A stretch of DNA of 64,000 bases. Origin: Alphaproteobacteria bacterium. GTDB lineage: Bacteria; Pseudomonadota; Alphaproteobacteria; GCA-2746255. Positions 1 through 9,323 of the stretch are shown here, piece after piece (the stretch's first letter is position 1; the number at the start of each line of letters is the position of its first letter). The stretch lies in the NCBI GenBank assembly GCA_965249135.1, contig OZ252220.1, forward strand, positions 1,504,001 through 1,568,000, in the 5' to 3' direction. Made by a program: the position numbers and the translations under genes. Below the pieces are notes generated by a model that was not told the origin of the DNA, did not search any database, and saw only the letters and a program-made list of their open reading frames with translations.

Positions 1-124
1 TGTCTGCGTCTTCGACCCCATCCGTCAGACGGTAGTCGAGTGGCGCCAGGACGTCCGCCATCCGTGCGGAGTCGTAGACGTTCATCTGACAGCCGTAAGT
101 TTTGATGAAAAGCTTCTTCGCCAA
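1..124 (-). CDS. miaB: tRNA methylthiotransferase MiaB, N-terminal part (continues beyond window start)
   Basis: Manual translation from TTG at 124: [26 protein letters not shown], the MiaB GCQMN motif. Confidence 0.9.
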   Translation of the reverse strand, partial: MAKKLFIKTYGCQMNVYDSARMADVLAPLDYRLTDGVEDAD

Positions 125-233
125 CCTGTCTACCCGGCTTGCAGGACCCTTCGTCCTCAAGCCCCCGACTTTCGGCATAGAATGGATAGGGGGAAGAATA
201 GCCTAAAAAGCATTGGAATTGCGTTAAAAAGCG

Positions 234-1070
234 TCATGGGCTCGCGCCTTCGAAGGCGGCCTCCTTTGGTTCGCCGGCATCGGCCAGCGGCACCTGGCCG
301 GTGATCGCCGCGGCGACACCTTCGGCGACGACCTTGCCACAGGCATCGGCCAGCTCTTTGCGCGAGCCATAGGCCTCGACCGTCACCGGGCGATGAAATT
401 GCACGACGATGGTGGCATTCCCAAGCCCTGCCATCTCCAGGAAGTGCGGCGCCAACTCCATGTCGCCGTACCACGCGTAGTACGGTCGAAACAGGCGCCC
501 CAACGGGATGCCGTCCAGATGCGTATAGGCGATCGAGACCGGCTGAATGGTCAGTGGCCGGCCATCGATCTTTTCTTCGGCAACGCTTAAGAGCGCGCTT
601 TTGAACCGGAGCACCCGGTTCCCATCGTTGCTGGTTCCTTCCGGAAAAAGGACGAGCTGATCGCCTTTCTTCAGCCGCTCATGAATGACGTCCCGATGGT
701 GCGAAGTTCGTGACGTCCGCCGTTCGATAAAGACGGTTTCCTGAAGCCGCGCGAGCCTGCCGAAGAACGGCCAGTCTTTGACTTCCGCCTTCGAGATGAG
801 CGACACGCCGGGGATCAGCGCCGAAAGCATCGTGATATCAAGATAAGAGGTATGATTCGAAACAAACAGGGTCGGCCGCTGATCCGAAATTTTTCCGATC
901 TGAATCAGACGAAAACCAAAAATCCAACAACAACTGCGATGATAGAAATAAGGAAGACGCCGCGTGTAGGAACGGTGCAAACGAAGCCCGATGGCCTGCA
1001 CGGGGATAAGCAGGAATGTCCAGCTGATGTAGATTAAGATACGAGAGACGGCGAGGAGACGAGAGCCCAT
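234..1070 (-). CDS. PlsC-family acyltransferase (lyso-ornithine lipid acyltransferase OlsA-like)
   Basis: NHTSYLD and FPEGT acyltransferase motifs; directly downstream of an olsB-like gene. Confidence 0.85.
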   Translation of the reverse strand: MGSRLLAVSRILIYISWTFLLIPVQAIGLRLHRSYTRRLPYFYHRSCCWIFGFRLIQIGKISDQRPTLFVSNHTSYLDITMLSALIPGVSLISKAEVKDWPFFGRLARLQETVFIERRTSRTSHHRDVIHERLKKGDQLVLFPEGTSNDGNRVLRFKSALLSVAEEKIDGRPLTIQPVSIAYTHLDGIPLGRLFRPYYAWYGDMELAPHFLEMAGLGNATIVVQFHRPVTVEAYGSRKELADACGKVVAEGVAAAITGQVPLADAGEPKEAAFEGASP

Positions 1071-1075
1071 TCGAC

Positions 1076-1897
1076 CTACTGCGTCGACTTTTTCACATCG
1101 AAGTGCCGGAAATACTTATCCGGAACAAGCTCGCGCTTTACGACGACACAAACGTCCGTCGTATTAAATTGCTCATCGACGACGGTACCGTCACCCACAA
1201 AACCACCGAGTCGCAAATATCCTTTGAGAAGGGTCGGAAGCGAGGCGAGCGCGCGTTTCGTGTTGACTTCACCCATCGTCTTCATGGGAACGTAGCGATC
1301 CACCAGCGCCTTGGGTCGAATGGCGGACGGCGCCAAGTGGTACTTATATAAATAGGTAAGCACCTCGGCATGTTCCTTGAGGTCCGTACCCACCAGGCTT
1401 GCACAGCCGAACAGGACATCGATATCGTAATATTCGACATAGGCGCCGATGCCGCGCCAAAGCAATTCCATCGTGGCACGGCTGCGGTAGTTCGCATCCA
1501 CACAGGAACGGCCCAACTCCAAAAGCCGGCCCGGATATTCCATCAAGCGCGAGAGGTCGTACTCACCGGCGGAATAGAAACCACCGTGATTCGCCGCCGT
1601 TTCACTGCCGATCAAACGATAGGTTCCGACGACGGCGCTTGAAAAATCATTCCCTTCGACATGATCGTGATCGATGACCAGCACATGGTCGCACGCTTCA
1701 TCGAAGCTATCGAAATCCTGTTTCCTAACCAGCATTTCCGGTGTCGGGTGGGCATTCAGTTCCTCGTAAAAAACCCGATAGCGAAGCGCCAGCGCCGCCT
1801 CGACCTCGCGCTCGTTATGGGCGAGGCGAACCTCGAGCGTCTTGCTGCGAACCTTCTGGATAGGATCGAATCGCTTGCGGCCATAAGGCGGCCGCAC
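1076..1897 (-). CDS. olsB: Ornithine N-acyltransferase OlsB-like (GNAT family)
   Basis: LRYRVFYEE, VVGTYRL, LELGRSCV, LLKGYLRLG motifs; paired with PlsC-like gene. Confidence 0.8.
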   Translation of the reverse strand: MRPPYGRKRFDPIQKVRSKTLEVRLAHNEREVEAALALRYRVFYEELNAHPTPEMLVRKQDFDSFDEACDHVLVIDHDHVEGNDFSSAVVGTYRLIGSETAANHGGFYSAGEYDLSRLMEYPGRLLELGRSCVDANYRSRATMELLWRGIGAYVEYYDIDVLFGCASLVGTDLKEHAEVLTYLYKYHLAPSAIRPKALVDRYVPMKTMGEVNTKRALASLPTLLKGYLRLGGFVGDGTVVDEQFNTTDVCVVVKRELVPDKYFRHFDVKKSTQ

Positions 1898-1975
1898 GAC
1901 CTTCGCAAATTTTGGAAGCCATCCCGGCTGTCGATTACGAAATCGTTCACGAATTTTTTTTCGGTCCCTTCAGCA

Positions 1976-2398
1976 TCAGCTTGATTTCGATTTATCGATC
2001 AGAATGCCATAGAGTTCGAGTCGGTGGCCCACAAGTTCGTAGCCATGTTCTTTTGCCACTGCTTTTTGGTGCTCTTCGATGTCCCTGCACTGAAATTCGA
2101 TGACTTTACCACTGCGCACGTCAATCAGATGGTCGTGATGCTCTTCCGGAATTTCCTCATAGCGTGCGCGCCCACTTTTGAGATCGAGCCGCTCGATAAT
2201 GCTGGCTTCTTCGAATAGCCGAATCGTCCGGTAGACGGTTGCAATGCTGATGTGCTCATCAACTTCCGAGGCGCGCCGGTAAACCTGTTCGACATCCGGA
2301 TGATCTTTCGATTCAGAAAGCACGCGAGCAACCACTCGGCGTTGCTCCGTCATTTTCAGGCCCTTCGCTTCACAAAGGAGTTCCAAGCGGGAAGACAT
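1976..2398 (-). CDS. fur: Fur-family metal-responsive regulator (Fur/Mur)
   Basis: MTEQRR, ISIATVYRT, HHDHLID motifs. Confidence 0.88.
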   Translation of the reverse strand: MSSRLELLCEAKGLKMTEQRRVVARVLSESKDHPDVEQVYRRASEVDEHISIATVYRTIRLFEEASIIERLDLKSGRARYEEIPEEHHDHLIDVRSGKVIEFQCRDIEEHQKAVAKEHGYELVGHRLELYGILIDKSKSS

Positions 2399-2493
2399 GT
2401 TCCAGTCGAGTCTCGGTTTCCGTCGTTTTAGTATAAGGGCTTGAAAGTACCCTCACAAGCCTGTCCAAGATTGGCGTAACATGGCAGTAGCGT

Positions 2494-2931
2494 TTATTTT
2501 TTACGCTTTCGTGAACGTGAGCCCAGGCCAATTTTTTCAGCGAGTTTGCTTCGCTGCTCCGCATAAGCAGGGGCGACCATCGGATAATCCGGCGGCAACC
2601 GCCAGCGCGCACGGTATTCCTCCAGTGTCATGTTGTAGGCCGTCTTGAGATGGCGCTTTAGCATTTTTAATTTTTTCCCGTCTTCCAAGCAGACGATGTG
2701 GTTCGGGGTCACGGATTTGCGAACGGGGACGGCCGGCTGTGGACGTTTTCGCTCCCGCTCATTCTTCGGCCCGGCGCCGGTAAGCGAGGTATAGACGTCA
2801 CGAATGAGCTTCGGCAAATCCGCCGGCGCCAAATGGTTGTTCGCGACGTGGGAAACGACGATGTCCGTCGTAAGCTTCAGGAGTTCGGTCTTGCTCGTGC
2901 CTTCCGCGGCATGAGGCATTCCTTCCACCAT
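2494..2931 (-). CDS. mucR: Ros/MucR zinc-finger regulator
   Basis: CLEDGKKLKMLKRHL and YPMVAPAYAEQRS signature. Confidence 0.92.
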   Translation of the reverse strand: MVEGMPHAAEGTSKTELLKLTTDIVVSHVANNHLAPADLPKLIRDVYTSLTGAGPKNERERKRPQPAVPVRKSVTPNHIVCLEDGKKLKMLKRHLKTAYNMTLEEYRARWRLPPDYPMVAPAYAEQRSKLAEKIGLGSRSRKRKK

Positions 2932-3066
2932 GGGCCCTTCTCTCCCTTCCTGATCACTTTAATATGAATCGACGCCTTCGCGGAATTTGCGATGCGTGCG
3001 CCTTGGAAATGGCGGCTTTCAGAGTGCCCGGCCATCGCGGGGCGCACGCGAACGGGCCTTTGCGCC

Positions 3067-3720
3067 TTATCCATCGGGAAGCCGGGCCTCGGGCGCTCTC
3101 AGGTAGATGGGGCGAAGGTTTGCCGCCGGCTCCCGCGTAGCGGCGAGGCGCGCGATGACCGTGGCCTGCGGGTGACCGGGGGCCTCGGACCAGCGAACCG
3201 CTTGGCCATCGAAGACGTCGCGGAGCAAGGGCGCCCCATCGCCGACGATGAGAAGGGGGCCGTCGTGGCCGAAGCCGGCACAGGCCGAAGACACCAGGAC
3301 CTCGGCTTGCGTGAATGGACGCAGCGCCTCATCGAAACCTTGGACGTAGAGGTCGCTTCGCTTCGTGTCCAAGGCGACCAGAAGCCGGCGGCCTTCCCGT
3401 TCCGAAGGGGCGACCCCGTTGGCGACCGCCTCGAAGGTCGTCACGCCCACCACCGGCAGGCCGCCGGCCAGTGCGATGCCGCGCGCCGCGGCCAGCCCGA
3501 CGCGAAGCCCGGTGAAGGAACCGGGCCCAAGCGTCGTCGCCAGACGATCAAGGCCTGCGAAGGGCACGGCCGCCTCGGCCAGCACCTCCTCGACGAGGCC
3601 GAGCAACGCCTCCGCCTGGCCGCGCTCCATTTCCAGAAGGCGCGACGAAAGGATCCGGTCATCCTCGAGAAGGGCGGCCGAGCAGGCGCGAGCGGCGGTG
3701 TCGAAGGCAAGAATCTTCAT
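3067..3720 (-). CDS. tsaB: t6A biosynthesis protein TsaB
   Basis: MKILAFDTA start; GPGSFTGLRVG motif; PIYLR near C-terminus. Confidence 0.92.
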   Translation of the reverse strand: MKILAFDTAARACSAALLEDDRILSSRLLEMERGQAEALLGLVEEVLAEAAVPFAGLDRLATTLGPGSFTGLRVGLAAARGIALAGGLPVVGVTTFEAVANGVAPSEREGRRLLVALDTKRSDLYVQGFDEALRPFTQAEVLVSSACAGFGHDGPLLIVGDGAPLLRDVFDGQAVRWSEAPGHPQATVIARLAATREPAANLRPIYLRAPEARLPDG

Positions 3721-3828
3721 CGCCCGGTCCAAAAGGTTGCCAAGGATAAGGTGGCGGGCGAAATTCTAGCCCAAGATGGACCGAAGGCTTGTAAAAACCG
3801 CACCGATCCCGGAAAGCTTGTGCAAGCG

Positions 3829-4407
3829 ATGGACGATCGGCCCAAGACACCCTTGATTGAAATCACGGCGCGCGATGGCGTGGCATTGTCCCTTGCCTAT
3901 GCCGCGGCGGCAAATTTCACCGGCAAGCCGATCTATGCTCACGCGCGCTGCTATCTGCATCCGGACGCGGCTTTGCTGCTTCACGACGCCGTAGCCATTG
4001 CCGAACGCTTCGGCCATCGTCTCAAGATCTTCGACGGCTTCCGCCCGGCGGAGGCGCAACAAATCCTATGGGATGCCTGTCCGAATCCGGAATTCCTGGC
4101 TGATCCGAAGAAGGGCTCGCCCCACTCCCGGGGGGTCGCGATCGACCTCACGCTTGCCGATCGGACAGGCAAGGAACTCGACATGGGCACGCCGTTCGAT
4201 GCCTTCACGCCGCTTTCGCACCACGGCAATGGAGAAATTGCCCTTGATGCGAGTCGCAATCGGCTCTTTCTTTTGGGGCTGATGACGGACGCCGGCTGGG
4301 ATTTCTACCGGAACGAATGGTGGCATTATCAGTTGTTCGATGCGAAGCGTTACCCACTTCTTCACGACGCCGATCTCGGTCTTGGCATGCTAGGCTTAAG
4401 AACATGA
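3829..4407 (+). CDS. ddpX: D-alanyl-D-alanine dipeptidase (M15D, VanX/DdpX family)
   Basis: DGFRP, SPHSRGVAIDLTL, MGTPFD, EWWHY motifs; start re-assigned to ATG 3829 within ORF 2992-4407. Confidence 0.88.
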   Translation: MDDRPKTPLIEITARDGVALSLAYAAAANFTGKPIYAHARCYLHPDAALLLHDAVAIAERFGHRLKIFDGFRPAEAQQILWDACPNPEFLADPKKGSPHSRGVAIDLTLADRTGKELDMGTPFDAFTPLSHHGNGEIALDASRNRLFLLGLMTDAGWDFYRNEWWHYQLFDAKRYPLLHDADLGLGMLGLRT

Positions 4408-5450
4408 CGCTCGGCACCCGCCTCCTTCGACGTTGCCGCCGACTTAGCCTCTTGCTGGCAAGCCTCTATGGGTGCTTTTTTGCCGGCGCTGCCTTTGCCG
4501 CTGATTCGGCCGTCGTGTTCATCTATCACCGATTCGGAGAAGGCACCTACCCCTCGACGAACATCACGATCGAGCAGTTCGAAGCGCATCTTCAGGAACT
4601 GAAAAACGGTGACTACGCCGTGTTTCCCTTGCCCCAGATCATCGCGGCACTTCGTGAAGGAAAGGAACTTCCAGAACGCGCGGTTGCCATCACCATCGAT
4701 GACGCGTTCTTTTCCGTCTACACAGCGGCCTGGCCGAGGCTAAAGGCGGCTGGGCTTCCGCTTACCATTTTCATCGCCACCGAAGCCATCGACGGCGGCG
4801 GGAAAAGTTACATGACCTGGGACCAGGTGCGGGAGTTGATGCAGCAAGGGGTCACGATCGGAAGCCAGACGGAAACCCATCTCCACATGCCGCTTGCCGA
4901 TACCGAAACGATTCGGGCGGACCTCGTCCGTTCGAACGCGCGCTTTCTCAATGAGCTGGGAATCGTGCCGAAACTTTTCGCCTACCCTTACGGTGAGGCG
5001 AGCCTTGACGTGCAGGATGCCGTGCGGGCGGCGGGCTTCACGGTTGCCTTCGGTCAACATTCCGGCGTCCTGCATGGCAAAGAGGACTTCTTCTACCTGC
5101 CGCGGTTTGCCTTCAACGAAGCCTTCGGGAATATCGAACGGGTCCGTCTTGCCGCCAACGCGCTGCCACTGCCGGTGAAAGACCTGACACCGCGCGACAT
5201 ACTGCTTCAAAAAGACGACAATCCGCCGAATTTCGGTTTTACCGTCGAAGGAGAAATTCCCGATCTCGACCGGTTGAACTGCTATGCATCGAATCAAGGG
5301 ATCGGCCAGCTCGAGCGGCTTGGTGAGCGCCGCTTTGAGGTTCGCTTGGCCGAGCCCTTTCCGAAAGGCCGCGCCCGGATCAACTGCACGTTGCACACAC
5401 GGGACGGGCATTGGCGATGGTATGGCCGCCAGTTCTATATTGTGGAATAA
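4404..5450 (+). CDS. Exported polysaccharide deacetylase (CE4/NodB domain)
   Basis: Signal-like N-terminus; YHRF, ITIDD, FAYPYG motifs. Confidence 0.85.
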   Translation: MTLGTRLLRRCRRLSLLLASLYGCFFAGAAFAADSAVVFIYHRFGEGTYPSTNITIEQFEAHLQELKNGDYAVFPLPQIIAALREGKELPERAVAITIDDAFFSVYTAAWPRLKAAGLPLTIFIATEAIDGGGKSYMTWDQVRELMQQGVTIGSQTETHLHMPLADTETIRADLVRSNARFLNELGIVPKLFAYPYGEASLDVQDAVRAAGFTVAFGQHSGVLHGKEDFFYLPRFAFNEAFGNIERVRLAANALPLPVKDLTPRDILLQKDDNPPNFGFTVEGEIPDLDRLNCYASNQGIGQLERLGERRFEVRLAEPFPKGRARINCTLHTRDGHWRWYGRQFYIVE

Positions 5451-5468
5451 GGAAGAGGAAAAGCGGAG

Positions 5469-6452
5469 CTAAACGCCGTTCTTCGAAAGCGACGCATAGA
5501 CATCGCCCTTGAGTTTCGCCCGGTCGAAGTGACGCAGCTTGTTCGATCGGATGAGAGAGCGAAGCGTCTGGACGTAAGCCTGCCCACGCTCGGAATAGCG
5601 TTCAAGCGTGTCGGCAAGCGTGTAGCCGTTCAGAGGCGCGGCACGGCGGCGCAACGTTTCGCGCTTGTTGCGGAGATCCCGATAGGCCCGGTGCGTGTTT
5701 AGATTGCGCGCATAGGCCCGGACGGAGCCGGCGAGTTCGCGGAAGCTTCGAACCGCGTAACGCGCGTCCGCGTCGCGTTTCAGCGGCACCAGACCCCGAT
5801 GGAAGCTAAGCGTCCACTGGCCGAAGATGGCGTTGCCTTCCTGGGCGAAACGGGACGTCCCCCAGCCGCTTTCCTCGGCGGCCTGGGCAAGGGCGAGCGA
5901 GGGTGGGATCACATCGACCCGGCGAAGCAGCTCAGGCAAATCCCCTTCCGCTACGCGGTAATAGGCATAAAGGCCCCGAAGCCAGTCCGAATCCTGGGTG
6001 GTGAGCCGGAAGCCGTCCTTCTTCGCCTTGTAGATCTCCAGCACCCGTTTGCGCTGTTCGGTGATCGTCTCGTTCACATGCAGGACAAGGGGTAACACCG
6101 TCTGCAGAAAGAGGCGCTTGCGTTCGCGCACGGCCGGAACTTCCTCGAGGTCGTTGGGCAGCGCCGCCAGAAAGACCCGCGGTACGATGCCTTCCCGGCG
6201 CACCCGGTCCAGACGGTAGCCCTGGCTGCCGAATGCGGCGGCGACCGTCTCGGCGTCGACGAGCTTGAGCGAGGCGATCGGGCGCTCAAAGGGCGCGCGT
6301 TCGAGAAGCGGGGTTACCGGCAGGCTTGTCTGGCCGAAGGCGACGCTTCCCATGAGGCCGCCGATGGCAAGGAAAAGGGCGCCAAGGGCGAAGCGTTCGT
6401 AACCGATGCGCTGCCCGAGACCGCCGAAGGCCTTCCTGTCGATCCACTGCAT
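5469..6452 (-). CDS. Bax-like glucosaminidase-domain (GH73) protein
   Basis: SLALAQAAEESGWGTSRFA, GNAIFG, NLNTH, YSERG motifs; start ATG 6452 uncertain. Confidence 0.82.
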   Translation of the reverse strand: MQWIDRKAFGGLGQRIGYERFALGALFLAIGGLMGSVAFGQTSLPVTPLLERAPFERPIASLKLVDAETVAAAFGSQGYRLDRVRREGIVPRVFLAALPNDLEEVPAVRERKRLFLQTVLPLVLHVNETITEQRKRVLEIYKAKKDGFRLTTQDSDWLRGLYAYYRVAEGDLPELLRRVDVIPPSLALAQAAEESGWGTSRFAQEGNAIFGQWTLSFHRGLVPLKRDADARYAVRSFRELAGSVRAYARNLNTHRAYRDLRNKRETLRRRAAPLNGYTLADTLERYSERGQAYVQTLRSLIRSNKLRHFDRAKLKGDVYASLSKNGV

Positions 6453-6641
6453 ATAGTAGCAAAACCTATTTAGCCTACTAGATATAGCAATAGATCGCCA
6501 CGCCCCGTCAAGCCAAAAATGGCTGCGTTCGGCCAGTCTGCGGACCCGGTGGCGGAGCTGCCGGAGGGAACGGTATGGAGCCGGCCGGTTACGGCCGGGG
6601 AATGGATACCTCAATGGACGGATTCTCCCTGAAACATCGCC

Positions 6642-7205
6642 TTACGAAACGGCGCGTACTTCCTGAACTTCCGGGATGTAGTGCTTGAGCAGGTTCTCGA
6701 TCCCGCTCTTCAGCGTCGCCGTCGAGCTCGGGCAGCCGGAGCAGGATCCCTGGAGTTCGAGGAAGACGACCCCTGCTTCATAGCCCTGGAAGACGACGTC
6801 GCCGCCATCCTGGGCGACGGCCGGGCGGACCTTGGTTTCTAGGAGTTCCCGGATTTGGACGACAATTTCATCTTCATCTTCGCCATCGCCCACCTTCGCC
6901 GGCGCTTCCTCGGAAGCACCCTTAGTGAGGACCGGCTCGCCAAGGGTGAAGTGCTCCATGATGGCGCCCAGGATCTCCGGCTTGATCACTTGCCAGTCTC
7001 GCTCTTCCGTCTTGCGCACGGTAATAAAGTCAGCGCCCAGGAACACGCCGACCACGCCCGGAATGCCGAACAGTCGCATCGCCAGTGGCGAACGCACCGC
7101 CGCTTCGGACGATGCGAAATCGACCGTTCCTTCTTCCATGACCGTCTGACCGGGTAAGAACTTTAAAGACGCCGGGTTTGGCGTCTGCTCGGTCTGAATA
7201 AACAA
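6642..7205 (-). CDS. NifU/NfuA-type Fe-S cluster scaffold
   Basis: MFIQTEQTPNP start, VRPAVAQDGGD, GSCSGCPSS. Confidence 0.92.
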   Translation of the reverse strand: MFIQTEQTPNPASLKFLPGQTVMEEGTVDFASSEAAVRSPLAMRLFGIPGVVGVFLGADFITVRKTEERDWQVIKPEILGAIMEHFTLGEPVLTKGASEEAPAKVGDGEDEDEIVVQIRELLETKVRPAVAQDGGDVVFQGYEAGVVFLELQGSCSGCPSSTATLKSGIENLLKHYIPEVQEVRAVS

Positions 7206-7351
7206 CGCGGAACCTCCTTGGCGAATCCAAGCCGCAGTTTAGCCGTTTCCTCGTTTGATACAAATTTAGAAAAAGAAATCTAAAATTCAAGCTTTCTTTA
7301 GATATTTCTTAAGGTTACCGGCCTAACCGTCGAGAAATTCACCGTTATTTA

Positions 7352-7378
7352 GGGGATTATATACGAAAGTCACATTTT
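7352..7378 (+). repeat. Left terminal inverted repeat GGGGATTATATACGAAAGTCACATTTT
   Basis: Exact reverse complement of 10991-11017. Confidence 0.95.
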
Positions 7379-7382
7379 GGCG

Positions 7383-7422
7383 TTGACATTACTGGGCCGT
7401 TCCTTTACAGTAAAGTCACATT
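7383..7422 (+). promoter_or_regulatory. Putative sigma70 promoter of the transposase operon, followed by a copy of the inner IR motif
   Basis: TTGACA(7383)-17 nt-TACAGT(7406); AAAGTCACATT at 7412-7422 repeats IR bases 7366-7376. Confidence 0.6.
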
Positions 7423-7437
7423 ACAAGAGGACGGATC

Positions 7438-8403
7438 ATGAGCAAGAAAGCACCGGGAAAGAGCCACCGCAAGGGGATGACTCTCATAGAATTGACAGAG
7501 ATGTTCCCGGACGATGCGGCGGCGGAAAGGTGGTTTGCCAAGCACCGCTGGCCGGACGGCCCTTATTGCCCGCACTGCGGCTCCTTTAACGTCCAGTCCA
7601 ATGTCAAGCATCATTCAATGACGCACCGGTGCCGCGATTGCGCGGACAAGAAGATGTTTTCACTCAAGACGGGAACGCTAATGGAGGGTTCCAAGCTGGG
7701 ATACCGGGTTTGGGCGGTCGCCATTTATCTTCTCACGACGAACCTCAAAAGCGTGTCCAGCATGAAGCTGCACCGCGATCTCGGCGTCACGCAAAAGAGC
7801 ACGTGGCACTTGGCGCACCGGCTGCGCAAATCCTTCGAGGCGGGCGGCGGTCTGTTTGCCGGTCCCGTAGAGGTTGACGAGACCTATGTAGGCGGAAAGC
7901 GCCGCAATATGCCCAAGACCAAGCGGGCAAAGCTCCAAGGGCGCGGAGCCGTTGGGAAAGTTGCCGTCGCGGGTGCGAAGGACCGGGTGACGAAGCGTGT
8001 AAGCGCGGCGGTTGTTTCTGCTGCTGACAATGAGACATTACAAGGCTTCGTGCGGGAGCGTGTGGCTGGTGGCGCGGTGGTCTATACGGACGATCACGCG
8101 GCCTATCGCGGCATGGCCGGTTTCGCGCATGAGGCAGTAAAGCACTCGGTCGGGGAGTATGTCCGTGGCATGGCGCATACAAACGGCATCGAGTCCTTCT
8201 GGTCGATGCTGAAACGGGCTCACAAAGGCACATTCCACCAGATCAGCCCGAAGCACCTTAACCGCTACGTCGGCGAATTCGCGGGCCGTCACAATGTCCG
8301 CGAGGCCGACACGGTTGATCAAATGCAAACTGTGGCACATGGTTTGGCGGGAAAGAGGCTTCGATACCGGGACTTGGTGGCGGGGGTAAACGGCGAATGT
8401 TGA
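7438..8403 (+). CDS. IS1595-family DDE transposase
   Basis: CPHC...CRDC Zn ribbon, VEVDETYVGG, VYTDD, HTNGIESFWSMLKR, SPKHLNRY. Confidence 0.93.
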   Translation: MSKKAPGKSHRKGMTLIELTEMFPDDAAAERWFAKHRWPDGPYCPHCGSFNVQSNVKHHSMTHRCRDCADKKMFSLKTGTLMEGSKLGYRVWAVAIYLLTTNLKSVSSMKLHRDLGVTQKSTWHLAHRLRKSFEAGGGLFAGPVEVDETYVGGKRRNMPKTKRAKLQGRGAVGKVAVAGAKDRVTKRVSAAVVSAADNETLQGFVRERVAGGAVVYTDDHAAYRGMAGFAHEAVKHSVGEYVRGMAHTNGIESFWSMLKRAHKGTFHQISPKHLNRYVGEFAGRHNVREADTVDQMQTVAHGLAGKRLRYRDLVAGVNGEC

Positions 8404-9323
8404 CATCTTTGGAGGTCTGTGCGGGCGGCGGCGGAACAGCCCTCGGACTTGAACAAGCGGGATTCGATCACGTTGCATTAATGGACAGCGATTCGCATTC
8501 GTGTGCAACACTCCGGCAAAACCGGCCTTATTGGAACGTGATCCAAGCCGATATAAACCGGTTCGATTCGTCTTATTGGCGCGGTGTCGATCTTGTAAGC
8601 GGAGGCCTGCCATGCCCGCCATTTTCGATAGCTGGGAAGCAGCTAGGGTCCGATGATAACCGCGATCTGTTCCCGGCGATGCTCCGCATTGTCGAAAACG
8701 CCCATCCGCGCGCTGTCCTGATTGAAAACGTCAGGGGCATTATGTCGGCCCGCTTCGACTCTTACAGGGCACAATTGGACGGCGCGTTTGACCATCTGGG
8801 TTTCGACGTATATTGGACTGCGTTCAATGCGGCGGAATTCGGAGTTCCGCAGAACCGCTTGCGGATTTTCATCGTCGCCTTGCGGCGTGGCGAAACGGCA
8901 CCGTTGAAGTGGCCAATACCGTCCGATGGCCTGACACCGACAGTTGGTGAAACGGTGGGAGATTTAATGGCGGAACGCGGTTGGCGCGGCGCTGGGCAAT
9001 GGGTAAAGAAGGCAGCCGCGCCCGCGCCCACCATAGTTGGCGGTTCACACAAGCACGGCGGTCCAGATTTAGGGCCGACACGTGCCCGCCAGGAATGGGC
9101 AAAGCTTGGTGTTGATGGATTGGGCCTCGCAAATGAAGCACCTGCGCCCAAGTTTAGAGGATTGCCGCGCCTGACAGTTCCCATGGTGGCAAGGCTGCAA
9201 AGTTTTCCTGATGATTGGGCATTCGCGGGGGTCAAGACCAACCGCTACCGGCAAATCGGTAATGCATTGCCCGTCCGGCTTGCGATGGCCGTCGGCAAGG
9301 CCGTGCGAAAATGCCTCGCATAG
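8397..9323 (+). CDS. DNA cytosine-5 methyltransferase, M.NgoMIV/M.NaeI-like (predicted GCCGGC)
   Basis: Motifs CAGGGG, GLPCPPFS, ENVRG, QNRLR, RQIGNA; TRD APTIVGGSHKHGGPDLGPTRA resembles recalled NgoMIV/NaeI MTases (specificity is inference). Confidence 0.9.
   Translation: MLTSLEVCAGGGGTALGLEQAGFDHVALMDSDSHSCATLRQNRPYWNVIQADINRFDSSYWRGVDLVSGGLPCPPFSIAGKQLGSDDNRDLFPAMLRIVENAHPRAVLIENVRGIMSARFDSYRAQLDGAFDHLGFDVYWTAFNAAEFGVPQNRLRIFIVALRRGETAPLKWPIPSDGLTPTVGETVGDLMAERGWRGAGQWVKKAAAPAPTIVGGSHKHGGPDLGPTRARQEWAKLGVDGLGLANEAPAPKFRGLPRLTVPMVARLQSFPDDWAFAGVKTNRYRQIGNALPVRLAMAVGKAVRKCLA

Noticed and set aside
7255-7315. AT-rich TTTAGA...TCTAAA palindrome upstream of nifU as an Irr/ICE box
   Set aside because: Spacing does not match TTTAGAA-N3-TTCTAAA; it may be a promoter or regulatory site but cannot be assigned
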